From NCBI GenBank assembly GCA_044229845.1, contig JBGASG010000004.1, positions 1 through 64,000 of the forward strand: DNA of 64,000 bases, given 5' to 3'. The notes under the pieces are model-generated. The model saw only the letters and a program-made list of their open reading frames with translations, had not been told where the DNA came from and did no database searches. Source of the stretch: Candidatus Obscuribacteraceae bacterium (lineage in GTDB: Bacteria > Cyanobacteriota > Vampirovibrionia > Obscuribacterales > Obscuribacteraceae). Below, piece by piece: positions 10,344 through 19,014 of this stretch (position 1 is the stretch's first letter; each line of letters opens with the position of its first letter). Position numbers and translations under genes: made by a program.

Positions 10344-11228
10344 TCAGCTCGACATCATGCTGGCCCATTCCTGAGCCAGTGCTGCCGTCTTCTCACGAAA
10401 CGCGCGCAGCGCCTGTACGCGCTTCATGGCTGGACCAAGTGCTTCCATGCCGCCCTTCTTCAGGGCGTCCATGCCTACTTGCTGCATGCCCATGATTTCG
10501 GAGTCGACGGCATCCAGAATGGAGATCAGTGAATACGTAATCACATCGGCGTTGTTCTGCTCCCCGCCGTCTCCGCCTTCCGCATCAACCGATTCGGGCG
10601 GTGCTTCCAGACTCAGTGGTTCGGTGTCGCCGACTTCGCCCCGCGAGACTCGCATCAAACGGGCGAAGATTCTCTTGGTGAGATAGGGCAACTGAGCCAG
10701 TCGCAGAGGCTTGCCATCGGATGACCAGCGGGGTTTCTCACCAGTCGGTTCCACAAGTAGTTCAATGAAAACACTCGGCTTGGCGGTTGGATCCACCGCA
10801 AGCACTTCCGGAGCGATAAAGGCGAAACGAATGCTTTTGTTGTCGCCGCTCACCATCATTGCCCGCACGCTATTCAGTAGCGAGCCCTGATAGAGCGAGC
10901 TGGCATCTTCCTTGTTGCTCGCCTTGGGTCTGTGACAGGTGATCGTAAACGCTTTGCTCTCTTCGGTTTGATTGAATTGATAGGCATAGCGATAGAAATC
11001 GTCAAACAAGCGATCCATCAATTCGACCATGCCGAGCTGGCAAAGCGCACCGTCCTTAGCGGCGCCATCCACATTTACATTTTCGCTGACATCGGACAAC
11101 CAGGCTCGCGTCTCATCTCCAACAAATGTATTGCTCATCGAGGAGAGGATTTTTTTCGAGAGCTCTTCCGATTGCCGTTTGCGTATCTGGTCGCGTACTT
11201 GCCCGTATTGCTGTTCGTTGGTGGTCAT
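10344..11228 (-). CDS. Hypothetical protein with helical C-terminus
   Basis: ATG at 11228 with GGGAG RBS, 19 bp after the kinase stop. Confidence 0.75.
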   Translation of the reverse strand: MTTNEQQYGQVRDQIRKRQSEELSKKILSSMSNTFVGDETRAWLSDVSENVNVDGAAKDGALCQLGMVELMDRLFDDFYRYAYQFNQTEESKAFTITCHRPKASNKEDASSLYQGSLLNSVRAMMVSGDNKSIRFAFIAPEVLAVDPTAKPSVFIELLVEPTGEKPRWSSDGKPLRLAQLPYLTKRIFARLMRVSRGEVGDTEPLSLEAPPESVDAEGGDGGEQNNADVITYSLISILDAVDSEIMGMQQVGMDALKKGGMEALGPAMKRVQALRAFREKTAALAQEWASMMSS

Positions 11229-11247
11229 CTCACTCCCGCCTCTTGAA

Positions 11248-12972
11248 TCAAAACACTTCGTCAACCACGCGTCGCAGCCCTTTGATTTTGTCAATCAATC
11301 CCCGCTTGCGCTTGCGTACCGGTTGTTGGACCTGGACTTGCGGCTGAACTGCCTTCGCTTTGCGAGGGGGCGCAGCCTTCTTGACCGCAGACTTTCGTTT
11401 TCGCTGCTCCGCAGCACGCTTCTGATTATCGGTTCCCTTTGCGGCCGGCATTGAACCGGTCGCCGCGTTACCATTTGCCGGAGCCACAATTGAGTCGGCT
11501 GATACTCTACCGTCCGGAGGCGAAGCGGCGGGCGCCTGTAAAGTTTCTTGCATAGGCGGCGGCGTTGCCCGACTAGAATCGACCGGCTTGTCCTGGTGGT
11601 TGAAAGCGAGGAACGCGCCGCCGGCAGCCACTGCCATCAGTGCAAATGCTACTGCTGCCAGGATTAGCTGTTTGGGCGACTTGGCGGGCGCGGGCGCAGC
11701 AGCCGCCGCCACAGGTTTCAAAGCAGGCTGAGCGGACACCAGCGTACTGCTCAGGTCAGCCACGTTTGGCATTTGACCGGACAGTGATGGCGGCACCACG
11801 CTCTCACCTCTATCTGGTGGAGACGCCGCCGGGGCTTCCGGCTCCACAGGCACGGTCCAACCACCTGTCGTTTTCGCATCCGAAGCCGGCGCTGCCTGGT
11901 TAGCACCATTGGTGGTATCAAGCTTCGCTACTTCAGAACTGACAGCGCGATAGGTTTTGGTACCGGAGCCGGTCTGTGTGGAGCTTTGCGCTGGTTCAGC
12001 CGCTACCGCTGCTGCACTTGCCGCCGGTGGATCTGCCGACGGCGGAGTGCCGGCAGCTTGCACTACCGGCAGCGGATTGACCGGAGTACCCTCGAATTGC
12101 CGGCGCACCTGCTCCAACTGCTCGCGCACCATTGTCATCGAAGCCGGCCGATCGTCGGGCGTCGGCGCCAGACAGGCAAGCGTAATAGACTCCAGCTGCG
12201 GGCAGTACTTCAGATCTTCAGGAAACGGTGCCGGCTGCTCCGTCGATTTCAAATAAGCAGTCTCGACAAACGATTGACCGCGAAACGGAACATCACCGGT
12301 CAGACATTCGTACAGAATCACACCCAACGAATAAATGTCGGTGCGCTGGTCTGGAAGTGCCTTACCAACACACTGCTCCGGGCTCATGTAGAGCGGACTG
12401 CCGATCATTTGTCCTTGATGCGTGAGCGCTTCAGTGTTGGGTTCGGCAGACTTAGCGATGCCAAAATCCAGAATTTTCACGAAGTCCGGGCGAACATCAC
12501 TGGTGAGCATGATGTTGTCAGGCTTGAGATCGCGGTGAATCAATCCGTTGGCGTGCGCATACTCCATGGCCTCACATACCTGAAGCAAGATGTTCACCGC
12601 CCGCTGCGGCGTCAGTTTGCCGTGCTCACGCAGTTGCTGCTTGAGGCTGATGCCCTCAATCAACTCCATGATCAAGTACGGCTGCGCTTCCTTCGATATC
12701 ACCATATCGAACAAAGTAGCGATGTGCGGATGCTTCAAATTAGCCATGGAAGTGGCTTCGCGCTGCAGGCGCTTCAGACTCACTTCATTGCTCATATGAT
12801 CTGGAGACAACAGCTTCACTGCGACGAAACGCTTGATGCGCCGCTGTTCAGCTTTGAATATCAGCCCCATGCCACCCTGCCCGAGCGGCTCGACCAGCAC
12901 GTATTGATCGATAACTTTGCCAATGTATTGCTCAACACTGGGGTGCCATGAAGGTTGCTTGTTATCACTCAT
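11248..12972 (-). CDS. Hanks-type Ser/Thr protein kinase with Pro/Ala linker, TM helix and basic C-tail
   Basis: LGQGGMG, VAVK, HRDLKPDN, DFG, SPEQ, DIYSLG; TM LILAAVAFALMAVAAGGAFLAF. Confidence 0.93.
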   Translation of the reverse strand: MSDNKQPSWHPSVEQYIGKVIDQYVLVEPLGQGGMGLIFKAEQRRIKRFVAVKLLSPDHMSNEVSLKRLQREATSMANLKHPHIATLFDMVISKEAQPYLIMELIEGISLKQQLREHGKLTPQRAVNILLQVCEAMEYAHANGLIHRDLKPDNIMLTSDVRPDFVKILDFGIAKSAEPNTEALTHQGQMIGSPLYMSPEQCVGKALPDQRTDIYSLGVILYECLTGDVPFRGQSFVETAYLKSTEQPAPFPEDLKYCPQLESITLACLAPTPDDRPASMTMVREQLEQVRRQFEGTPVNPLPVVQAAGTPPSADPPAASAAAVAAEPAQSSTQTGSGTKTYRAVSSEVAKLDTTNGANQAAPASDAKTTGGWTVPVEPEAPAASPPDRGESVVPPSLSGQMPNVADLSSTLVSAQPALKPVAAAAAPAPAKSPKQLILAAVAFALMAVAAGGAFLAFNHQDKPVDSSRATPPPMQETLQAPAASPPDGRVSADSIVAPANGNAATGSMPAAKGTDNQKRAAEQRKRKSAVKKAAPPRKAKAVQPQVQVQQPVRKRKRGLIDKIKGLRRVVDEVF

Positions 12973-13035
12973 GGTTAAATACCAGTGGTCCGCTTGGCAA
13001 CGACGGGTTTGGTTCCATCACCATTATGTACCCAT

Positions 13036-13704
13036 CTAGGGACGCTTGGCTCGCATTCCTGCATGCTTCAGCTGGTCAAGAATCCAGGACCTGACCGCAC
13101 CCATACTGTCCTCTTCGGAAAGGATGGTTGTGTCGAGCAAAGTCATCTTCGGCGTGCTGGTTTCGGCGTTTTCCTGCAGCCAGCGGTTGAACTTCGTCAT
13201 ACGCTCTAACACTTCGTCGGAGCCGGACTTTCGCCACTGCGGTCGCGCTTGCAAGCGCCTGATCAGCTCATCTTCATTGCAAACCAGCGCTAGATATACG
13301 CTGTCGCTGAAGTAACGGTATTCGTTGCAGCGCTCAAACTGCCCGGGCGTAGAGCTTCCGAAAAGAACAACCGGCCTGCCCGCTTGATTGATGTTCTTGG
13401 CGATGCGCAGCCAAAGGTTTCGATAATCAAGATAGTCATCGTCGGGCTTATTGAATTCATCGCGCCAGAGGATATCGCTCTCCATACAAACGCACTCCTC
13501 CATCATCGGAGCCAGTTGCAAAGCCACCGTTGACTTGCCGGTGCCGCTGGCACCGGTCACCACCAGCAGTGGCAGCCGCCGAAATCGGTGCTTGCTCCCA
13601 CATGATTGACAGACAGCAAATGCTTGCACCGGTGTCGGTACGACCCATGGCTCGATCGCCTTAACGTCGCTGTACTCACCGCAACCGGGACAAACGTTGA
13701 ACAT
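13036..13704 (-). CDS. P-loop (nucleotide-kinase-like) protein with N-terminal zinc ribbon
   Basis: CPGC...CQSC, then LVVTGASGTGKS and a lid-like RRLQAR. Confidence 0.8.
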   Translation of the reverse strand: MFNVCPGCGEYSDVKAIEPWVVPTPVQAFAVCQSCGSKHRFRRLPLLVVTGASGTGKSTVALQLAPMMEECVCMESDILWRDEFNKPDDDYLDYRNLWLRIAKNINQAGRPVVLFGSSTPGQFERCNEYRYFSDSVYLALVCNEDELIRRLQARPQWRKSGSDEVLERMTKFNRWLQENAETSTPKMTLLDTTILSEEDSMGAVRSWILDQLKHAGMRAKRP

Positions 13705-13713
13705 CGCTTTCTG

Positions 13714-14187
13714 TCACTTCGACGACTTCGTAGAGTCAGTAGACTTGGTAGGCTTAGTAGGCTTAACCGGTGGTTTCGGCTTCAACTGCTCTTCTGCTTT
13801 GGCCAGAATATCCGCCGCCGGCTTGTTGGCACTGTCGATTTGAATGGCTTTTTTTAAGACGGGAATGGCTGCTTCATAAGAACCCTGTTTGTACAACTCG
13901 TCTCCATGACGCAGCAATGCCGAAGAATAATTGGTCTTGAATGTTTTGTTGTTGGGCTCCCCCTTTATCGCCACCTCGTGCTCTTTAAACGCCTGCGCCC
14001 ACTTTCCCTTCATCCCCAGCTCGACGCCTCGATTGTTGTGCTCGAGCGGCGTCTTGGGCTCCGGTGTTTTCAGCTTCAAGTAATCCAGATTATTGGCAGG
14101 CGGCATGTCAGCCAGGGACGGTGCCACCACGACCGGTAGCACGGACAACAGGGAGCAGATGATGGCGGACTGTTTGACAGCAGACAT
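13714..14187 (-). CDS. Exported TPR-repeat protein
   Basis: Signal-like N-terminus; HNNRGVEL...AIKGEPNN and GDELYKQGSYEAAIPVLKKAIQID TPR-like units. Confidence 0.75.
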   Translation of the reverse strand: MSAVKQSAIICSLLSVLPVVVAPSLADMPPANNLDYLKLKTPEPKTPLEHNNRGVELGMKGKWAQAFKEHEVAIKGEPNNKTFKTNYSSALLRHGDELYKQGSYEAAIPVLKKAIQIDSANKPAADILAKAEEQLKPKPPVKPTKPTKSTDSTKSSK

Positions 14188-14197
14188 GTTTCCTCGC

Positions 14198-15580
14198 TTA
14201 TCGTTTGATGAGCCGCATGGGCAGCCCGTTTTTGGGAATCAAAGTAAAGGTGGCGTCTGGTTCGACTACGCTGTGCGGCAGAAGTTCAAACCGATATTTC
14301 TGTCCGAGCGAACTTAAGACGAGCATGCCCTCCAGCATGCCAAAGTGCTGACCGATGCAAACGCGAGAGCCGCCTCCAAATGGGAAGTAGGCATATTTAG
14401 GTCGACCGGCTGCAGCAGCCGGTTCAAACCGTAGAGGACGAAACTTTTCCGGTTGCTCCCAGAATTCCGGATGGCGATGCGTCACCCACTGAGAAATCGA
14501 AATGACGGCACCCTTAGGCAAGTGATATCCATCGATCTCATCCGCTTCGATCGCCTGGCGCGGCTGTCCCCAGGCGGGCGGATAGAGGCGCATCGACTCT
14601 TCGAAAATCATCCGCGTATAGGGCAGTTTTTCCAGGGAAGAAACATCGGGTGGTGCGCCCGTTAAAGCGGCACTCACTTCGTCGAAGAACTTCTTATCTT
14701 CATCAGGGTTCTGAGACAACAGATAGAACGTCCAGGAAATGGCGGCGGCGACGGTGTCGTGTCCAGCGACAAGCAAAATGATCGCTTCGTTGACCACGTC
14801 GTCATCGGTGAAGCCCAGACCAGTTTCTTCATCGCGAGCTGAAAGCAATATGTCCAACAGATCCTGCGAACCGGCACCACGCTTGCGACGCTCTGCCACC
14901 ATTCGCTTGACTGTAGAAACCATTTGCGCGTGCGCGCTTTTGTAATTACGATTGCGCTCACTCGGGAACCAGAGCGGCTGCGAAAATGGCGTGTTCATCT
15001 TATAGTTGACCAGCTTCAACACTTCGCGTACGGCAGTTGTGAATGATTCAATCTCGTCACTCAAGTCGGATGAGAAGAGCGCTTTTGCCACTGTCGTCAG
15101 CGTGACGCCAATCAGCTCTCGATGCAGATCGACGGTCTGCGGTTTATCCCGCTCCCACCGCGTCAACAATTCGCCGACGCACTCGGCGATCAATGGACCG
15201 AAGTTGTTGATCACGTTGCGATGTAGCATCGGCTGATAGAGACGGCGCCGGCGCATCCAGGCATCGCCTTCCGCGCTAAAGAGATTCTCGCCGGCCAGAA
15301 GTCGCACCGAACGCAAGAAGAATTCGCCCTTACTGTAATTTTTCTGGTTAGTCTGCAGAATCCGTTCGGCAGCCGCCGGATGCGTCATGTGATACCAGTG
15401 AAAAGTCATCGGCGCCGGAAAAGTCGAGAACCGAATGTAATCTCCATACTGCTCGCGCAGCTGCAAATAATACGGCAGCGGGTTGACGGTCGTGTAGCGC
15501 AGGTGTCCGAAGAACGGCTCGCCAGGCGGGCTGGCGAACTGCTTGCTCGGTGCTGCCACCTTCTCCCGGCTGACGGCCAT
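14198..15580 (-). CDS. Cytochrome P450
   Basis: I-helix AGHDT, ExxR (ESMR), heme motif FGGGSRVCIG. Confidence 0.95.
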   Translation of the reverse strand: MAVSREKVAAPSKQFASPPGEPFFGHLRYTTVNPLPYYLQLREQYGDYIRFSTFPAPMTFHWYHMTHPAAAERILQTNQKNYSKGEFFLRSVRLLAGENLFSAEGDAWMRRRRLYQPMLHRNVINNFGPLIAECVGELLTRWERDKPQTVDLHRELIGVTLTTVAKALFSSDLSDEIESFTTAVREVLKLVNYKMNTPFSQPLWFPSERNRNYKSAHAQMVSTVKRMVAERRKRGAGSQDLLDILLSARDEETGLGFTDDDVVNEAIILLVAGHDTVAAAISWTFYLLSQNPDEDKKFFDEVSAALTGAPPDVSSLEKLPYTRMIFEESMRLYPPAWGQPRQAIEADEIDGYHLPKGAVISISQWVTHRHPEFWEQPEKFRPLRFEPAAAAGRPKYAYFPFGGGSRVCIGQHFGMLEGMLVLSSLGQKYRFELLPHSVVEPDATFTLIPKNGLPMRLIKR

Positions 15581-15582
15581 GA

Positions 15583-18500
15583 CTACTTAAGCAGTCCAGC
15601 CGGCAAAGCGAGATTGGGACGCTTGTCGAATTTGGGCATCACCACAGGCTTATCCTTAAGTGCTTTCATAGCCAGCTCGATGCCTTTGTCGAGTTGAGTG
15701 TCGACCTTGCGCGCATAGTCCTGCGGACGGATATCAACTTCGATATCCGGATCGGTGCCGTAGTTTTCCACATTCCAACCCACATCCTGGAACCAGAACG
15801 AGTATTCGGGCTGCGTGGTGATAGTGCCGTCGACCAGGCGATGTTTCGGCCAAATGCCGATGACACCACCCCAGGTGCGCTTGCCGACCATCGGACCCAG
15901 TTTGTAGAGCTTGAAGCAATGACTGAAAATGTCGCCGTCGGAGCCGGCAAACTCATTGGTCAGTCCTACTAGCGGACCCGCAACCGACTCAGGCGGATAC
16001 GGTTGTGGTGTGCTCCAGCGAGAGATGTCGTAGCCGACGCGTTTGCGCGCCAGTTTCTCCAGCAAGAGCGGCGAGACATGCCCGCCACGGTTGTAGCGCA
16101 CATCGACAATCAAGCCTTCGTACGAGTACTCCATTAAATAACCGCGATGGAACTCGGCAAAACCAGCCGGACCCATGTCGGGAATATGCAGATAACCCAC
16201 TCGTCCTTTGGTTTTCTCGTGCACGTAATTGCGATTGGCTTCCACCCAACTTCGATACCGCAGCGGCGCTTCAGAATTGAGCGTCTTTACGACAATCTGC
16301 TTGCGCTCGCCCTTCTTGTTGGTCAGCGTCAGCTGCACATTTATGCCTGCGGAGTTGAGCAATAGCTCATCGACGGTCAGATCCGTTCTGACAGTCGTGC
16401 CATTCACCGCCACAATCACGTCGCCTGCTTCCACCTGCAGACCAGGCTCGGCCAGCGGCGAATCAGCGTTTCTATCCCAGGAGTCACCACGCATGATGTT
16501 CTCGATGCGGTAGCCCTTTTTCTTCGCCTCCCAGACAAAGTCGCAGCCGAGGAATCCTTTGTGGTAGTCGTGCGGACGGCGATGGTCGCCGCCGAACTCG
16601 TAAGCGTGCGATGTGCCCAGCTCTCCCTGCATCTCCCAGATCAAATCCGAAAGCTCGGTGCGCGTCCTGATGCGCGGCAGTATCTTGTTGTAGCGCTGGA
16701 AGACCGCGTTCCAGTCAATCGAGGACATCTTCTCATCCCAGAACTGCTCGGACTGCAGACGCCAGGCTTCCCGATACATTTGCGCCCACTCAGCCCGCGG
16801 GTCAATCAGCACACGCGCACGCCGCAGGTTCAACCAGCCGGAATGCGGACCGGGCTCTTCCGAAGCTGGCGGAATTGCACCATCACGCGGCACAGGATCG
16901 GTGACGTTGATCGCACGCAGCCTCCACTTAGTTGAATAAATACCTGTCTGACCATCAGCAGCGACGCGCAAGTCCATGGCGTCGTTGACAATACGTCCAG
17001 CGCGTTGCTCGTCCAGATCGTAAGCCCACAACTCGCCCGACTCCGAGTTTTCGTCGGACCAGTGACTTTCTTTGATGCCTTTGACAAAGAAGCGCGTGAA
17101 GAAGACGCGATTGCGCGCTGCTGCCATGCCTCCGAAACGCCCTTCCTCAACATCGGCAAACACAAGAATACGATCTTCGATGCCGTCGAAATCAATCTCG
17201 ATCGGCTTCGGTTCGTCGCCCTCCGCCTTGGGCGGTTCGCCTTTGGCGGTGGTGGCAGTTCCATCTTTGCCGGCCGACTTGCCGGACACTTTGGCTTTGG
17301 TGCTCTTGCTTTTTGCAGGTTTGCCATTGGTGTGCGCACCATCGGGCGGAGCTTCAGGCTCGACCGGCGGCATTGGCGGCGTCTTCGGCACGACACCTTT
17401 CGGCTTGTGCGCAAAGGGCGACGGCACATCTTTCCGCAAGGTCACAAGATATGGTCTTTCCGCATTCAGGAAACTCAAATCAAATTGAACGTTGTCGTAG
17501 ATCGGAAAGAAGTCGCGCGACGAGACGAAGTAGAGGTAGTTGCCATCCGGGTCCCAGGCTGGCGACCTGTCTACGCGCAGCGGGCGCGTCACGTTGTAAG
17601 TCTTGAAGTTTTTGGTGTCACAGATCTTGATCGAACGCTTATCGTGATTTTCCGAATAGCTGTAGGCAAGCCAGCGTCCATCAGGTGACCAGGCAAGTTC
17701 ACCGACGAACAGTGCCGGGCTACGGTCCACCACCTTCACCGTTTTCTTCTCGGTATTAACGATGACGAGCTCATACTTGTGATTGCCGACCGCAATCAAA
17801 TTGTTCTTAGTAGGCGAGACTGCCATCGACATGACGCGGCCCATGTCGGTATTGGTGACAATCTCCGGCGCCTTGGATTGATCTTTGTGGTGAATCTCCA
17901 GCTTCTCAAATTTGTCGCGGTCGTTGACGACAACGAAACGCTCGCCGTCCGCCATCCACTCCAGAAGCCGATAGCGAACAGCGCTGCCGGCGCCATATTG
18001 CACCGCCGGTCCGCCGAACAGTCCCATCACCATCGGCTGTCCGCGGGCAATCAATCCCACCGACATACCATCCGGGCTCGGCGCCCAGTGCTCGTGCGAA
18101 TATTCGACGTCTACAAATTTGCGGTTGATCTGCACCGTAGTAGGTGGCGCCGCCACTTCTACTTTGCGCGGCTTGCTTTCCCCGGCTTCCAACTTGTAAA
18201 GGTCTGCGCCGGCCGAATATACGATCGATTCACCATCAGTCGATGGAAACCGCACGTAGTAGTCGGTGTGATTACTGTGGCGCTTCAGGTCGCTGCCATC
18301 GGGTTTCGTTGAATAGATATTGCCGACGCCCTGATGGTCTGACAGGAAGTACACGCGACCGCCGACCCACATCGGCCAGACCATGTTGCCGCGCAACTTG
18401 ATCAAGCGCTGAAACTCGCCCTTACCTCTGGCATCAACCCAGATTTCGCCGGCAGTGCCACCGCGATAACGCTTCCACATAGCCGGGTCAGCAGCGTTGC

Positions 18501-18951
18501 GCCCGAGAGCGGTTTGCCCTTTTTCGTTCTGACTTATAGACTGCGCCGGTCCGATATCGATAACCCGCGGCACACCGCCGGTGGTCGGAATGGCAAAGAT
18601 CTTCGTGTGCTTGAAGAATGGCGACTGCGCATCGGAAACAAATAGTATCTCGTCTCCCTTAGCCGACCAGCTGCAAACACGCATGACCGCCGGTCCCAGG
18701 TAAGTGAGCCGCTTTTGCGGACCACCGGCTGTCGGAATGATGTGGACTTCCGGATGCCCTTCGTCCTGTTGAACGAAAGCCACAGTCTCGCCATCCGGAG
18801 ACAGCCGGGGAAAGCTGCAGGCACTGACGCCGGTGGTTAGCCGCTGCGCGTGTCCGCCCGCGGCATCGACAGCAAACAGATCGTCTTCGCAAGCAAAGAC
18901 GATGGTGTCGCCATTGATGGTGGGATAGCGATAATAACCCTGGTCAGTCAT
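15583..18951 (-). CDS. Tricorn protease homolog (S41B: beta-propellers, PDZ, catalytic domain)
   Basis: YYRYP..GDTIVFACEDDLF, WKRYRGG, TSHAYE, DVRYNRGGHVS, AGSDGD (catalytic Ser), GKRTWGG; no signal peptide. Confidence 0.95.
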   Translation of the reverse strand: MTDQGYYRYPTINGDTIVFACEDDLFAVDAAGGHAQRLTTGVSACSFPRLSPDGETVAFVQQDEGHPEVHIIPTAGGPQKRLTYLGPAVMRVCSWSAKGDEILFVSDAQSPFFKHTKIFAIPTTGGVPRVIDIGPAQSISQNEKGQTALGRNAADPAMWKRYRGGTAGEIWVDARGKGEFQRLIKLRGNMVWPMWVGGRVYFLSDHQGVGNIYSTKPDGSDLKRHSNHTDYYVRFPSTDGESIVYSAGADLYKLEAGESKPRKVEVAAPPTTVQINRKFVDVEYSHEHWAPSPDGMSVGLIARGQPMVMGLFGGPAVQYGAGSAVRYRLLEWMADGERFVVVNDRDKFEKLEIHHKDQSKAPEIVTNTDMGRVMSMAVSPTKNNLIAVGNHKYELVIVNTEKKTVKVVDRSPALFVGELAWSPDGRWLAYSYSENHDKRSIKICDTKNFKTYNVTRPLRVDRSPAWDPDGNYLYFVSSRDFFPIYDNVQFDLSFLNAERPYLVTLRKDVPSPFAHKPKGVVPKTPPMPPVEPEAPPDGAHTNGKPAKSKSTKAKVSGKSAGKDGTATTAKGEPPKAEGDEPKPIEIDFDGIEDRILVFADVEEGRFGGMAAARNRVFFTRFFVKGIKESHWSDENSESGELWAYDLDEQRAGRIVNDAMDLRVAADGQTGIYSTKWRLRAINVTDPVPRDGAIPPASEEPGPHSGWLNLRRARVLIDPRAEWAQMYREAWRLQSEQFWDEKMSSIDWNAVFQRYNKILPRIRTRTELSDLIWEMQGELGTSHAYEFGGDHRRPHDYHKGFLGCDFVWEAKKKGYRIENIMRGDSWDRNADSPLAEPGLQVEAGDVIVAVNGTTVRTDLTVDELLLNSAGINVQLTLTNKKGERKQIVVKTLNSEAPLRYRSWVEANRNYVHEKTKGRVGYLHIPDMGPAGFAEFHRGYLMEYSYEGLIVDVRYNRGGHVSPLLLEKLARKRVGYDISRWSTPQPYPPESVAGPLVGLTNEFAGSDGDIFSHCFKLYKLGPMVGKRTWGGVIGIWPKHRLVDGTITTQPEYSFWFQDVGWNVENYGTDPDIEVDIRPQDYARKVDTQLDKGIELAMKALKDKPVVMPKFDKRPNLALPAGLLK

Positions 18952-19014
18952 GAGCTCCTCCCGAATGGCAGGGGCGAAGCCATGCCTCGCCCCCTATGAG
19001 TTGTTGTCGGCTTG

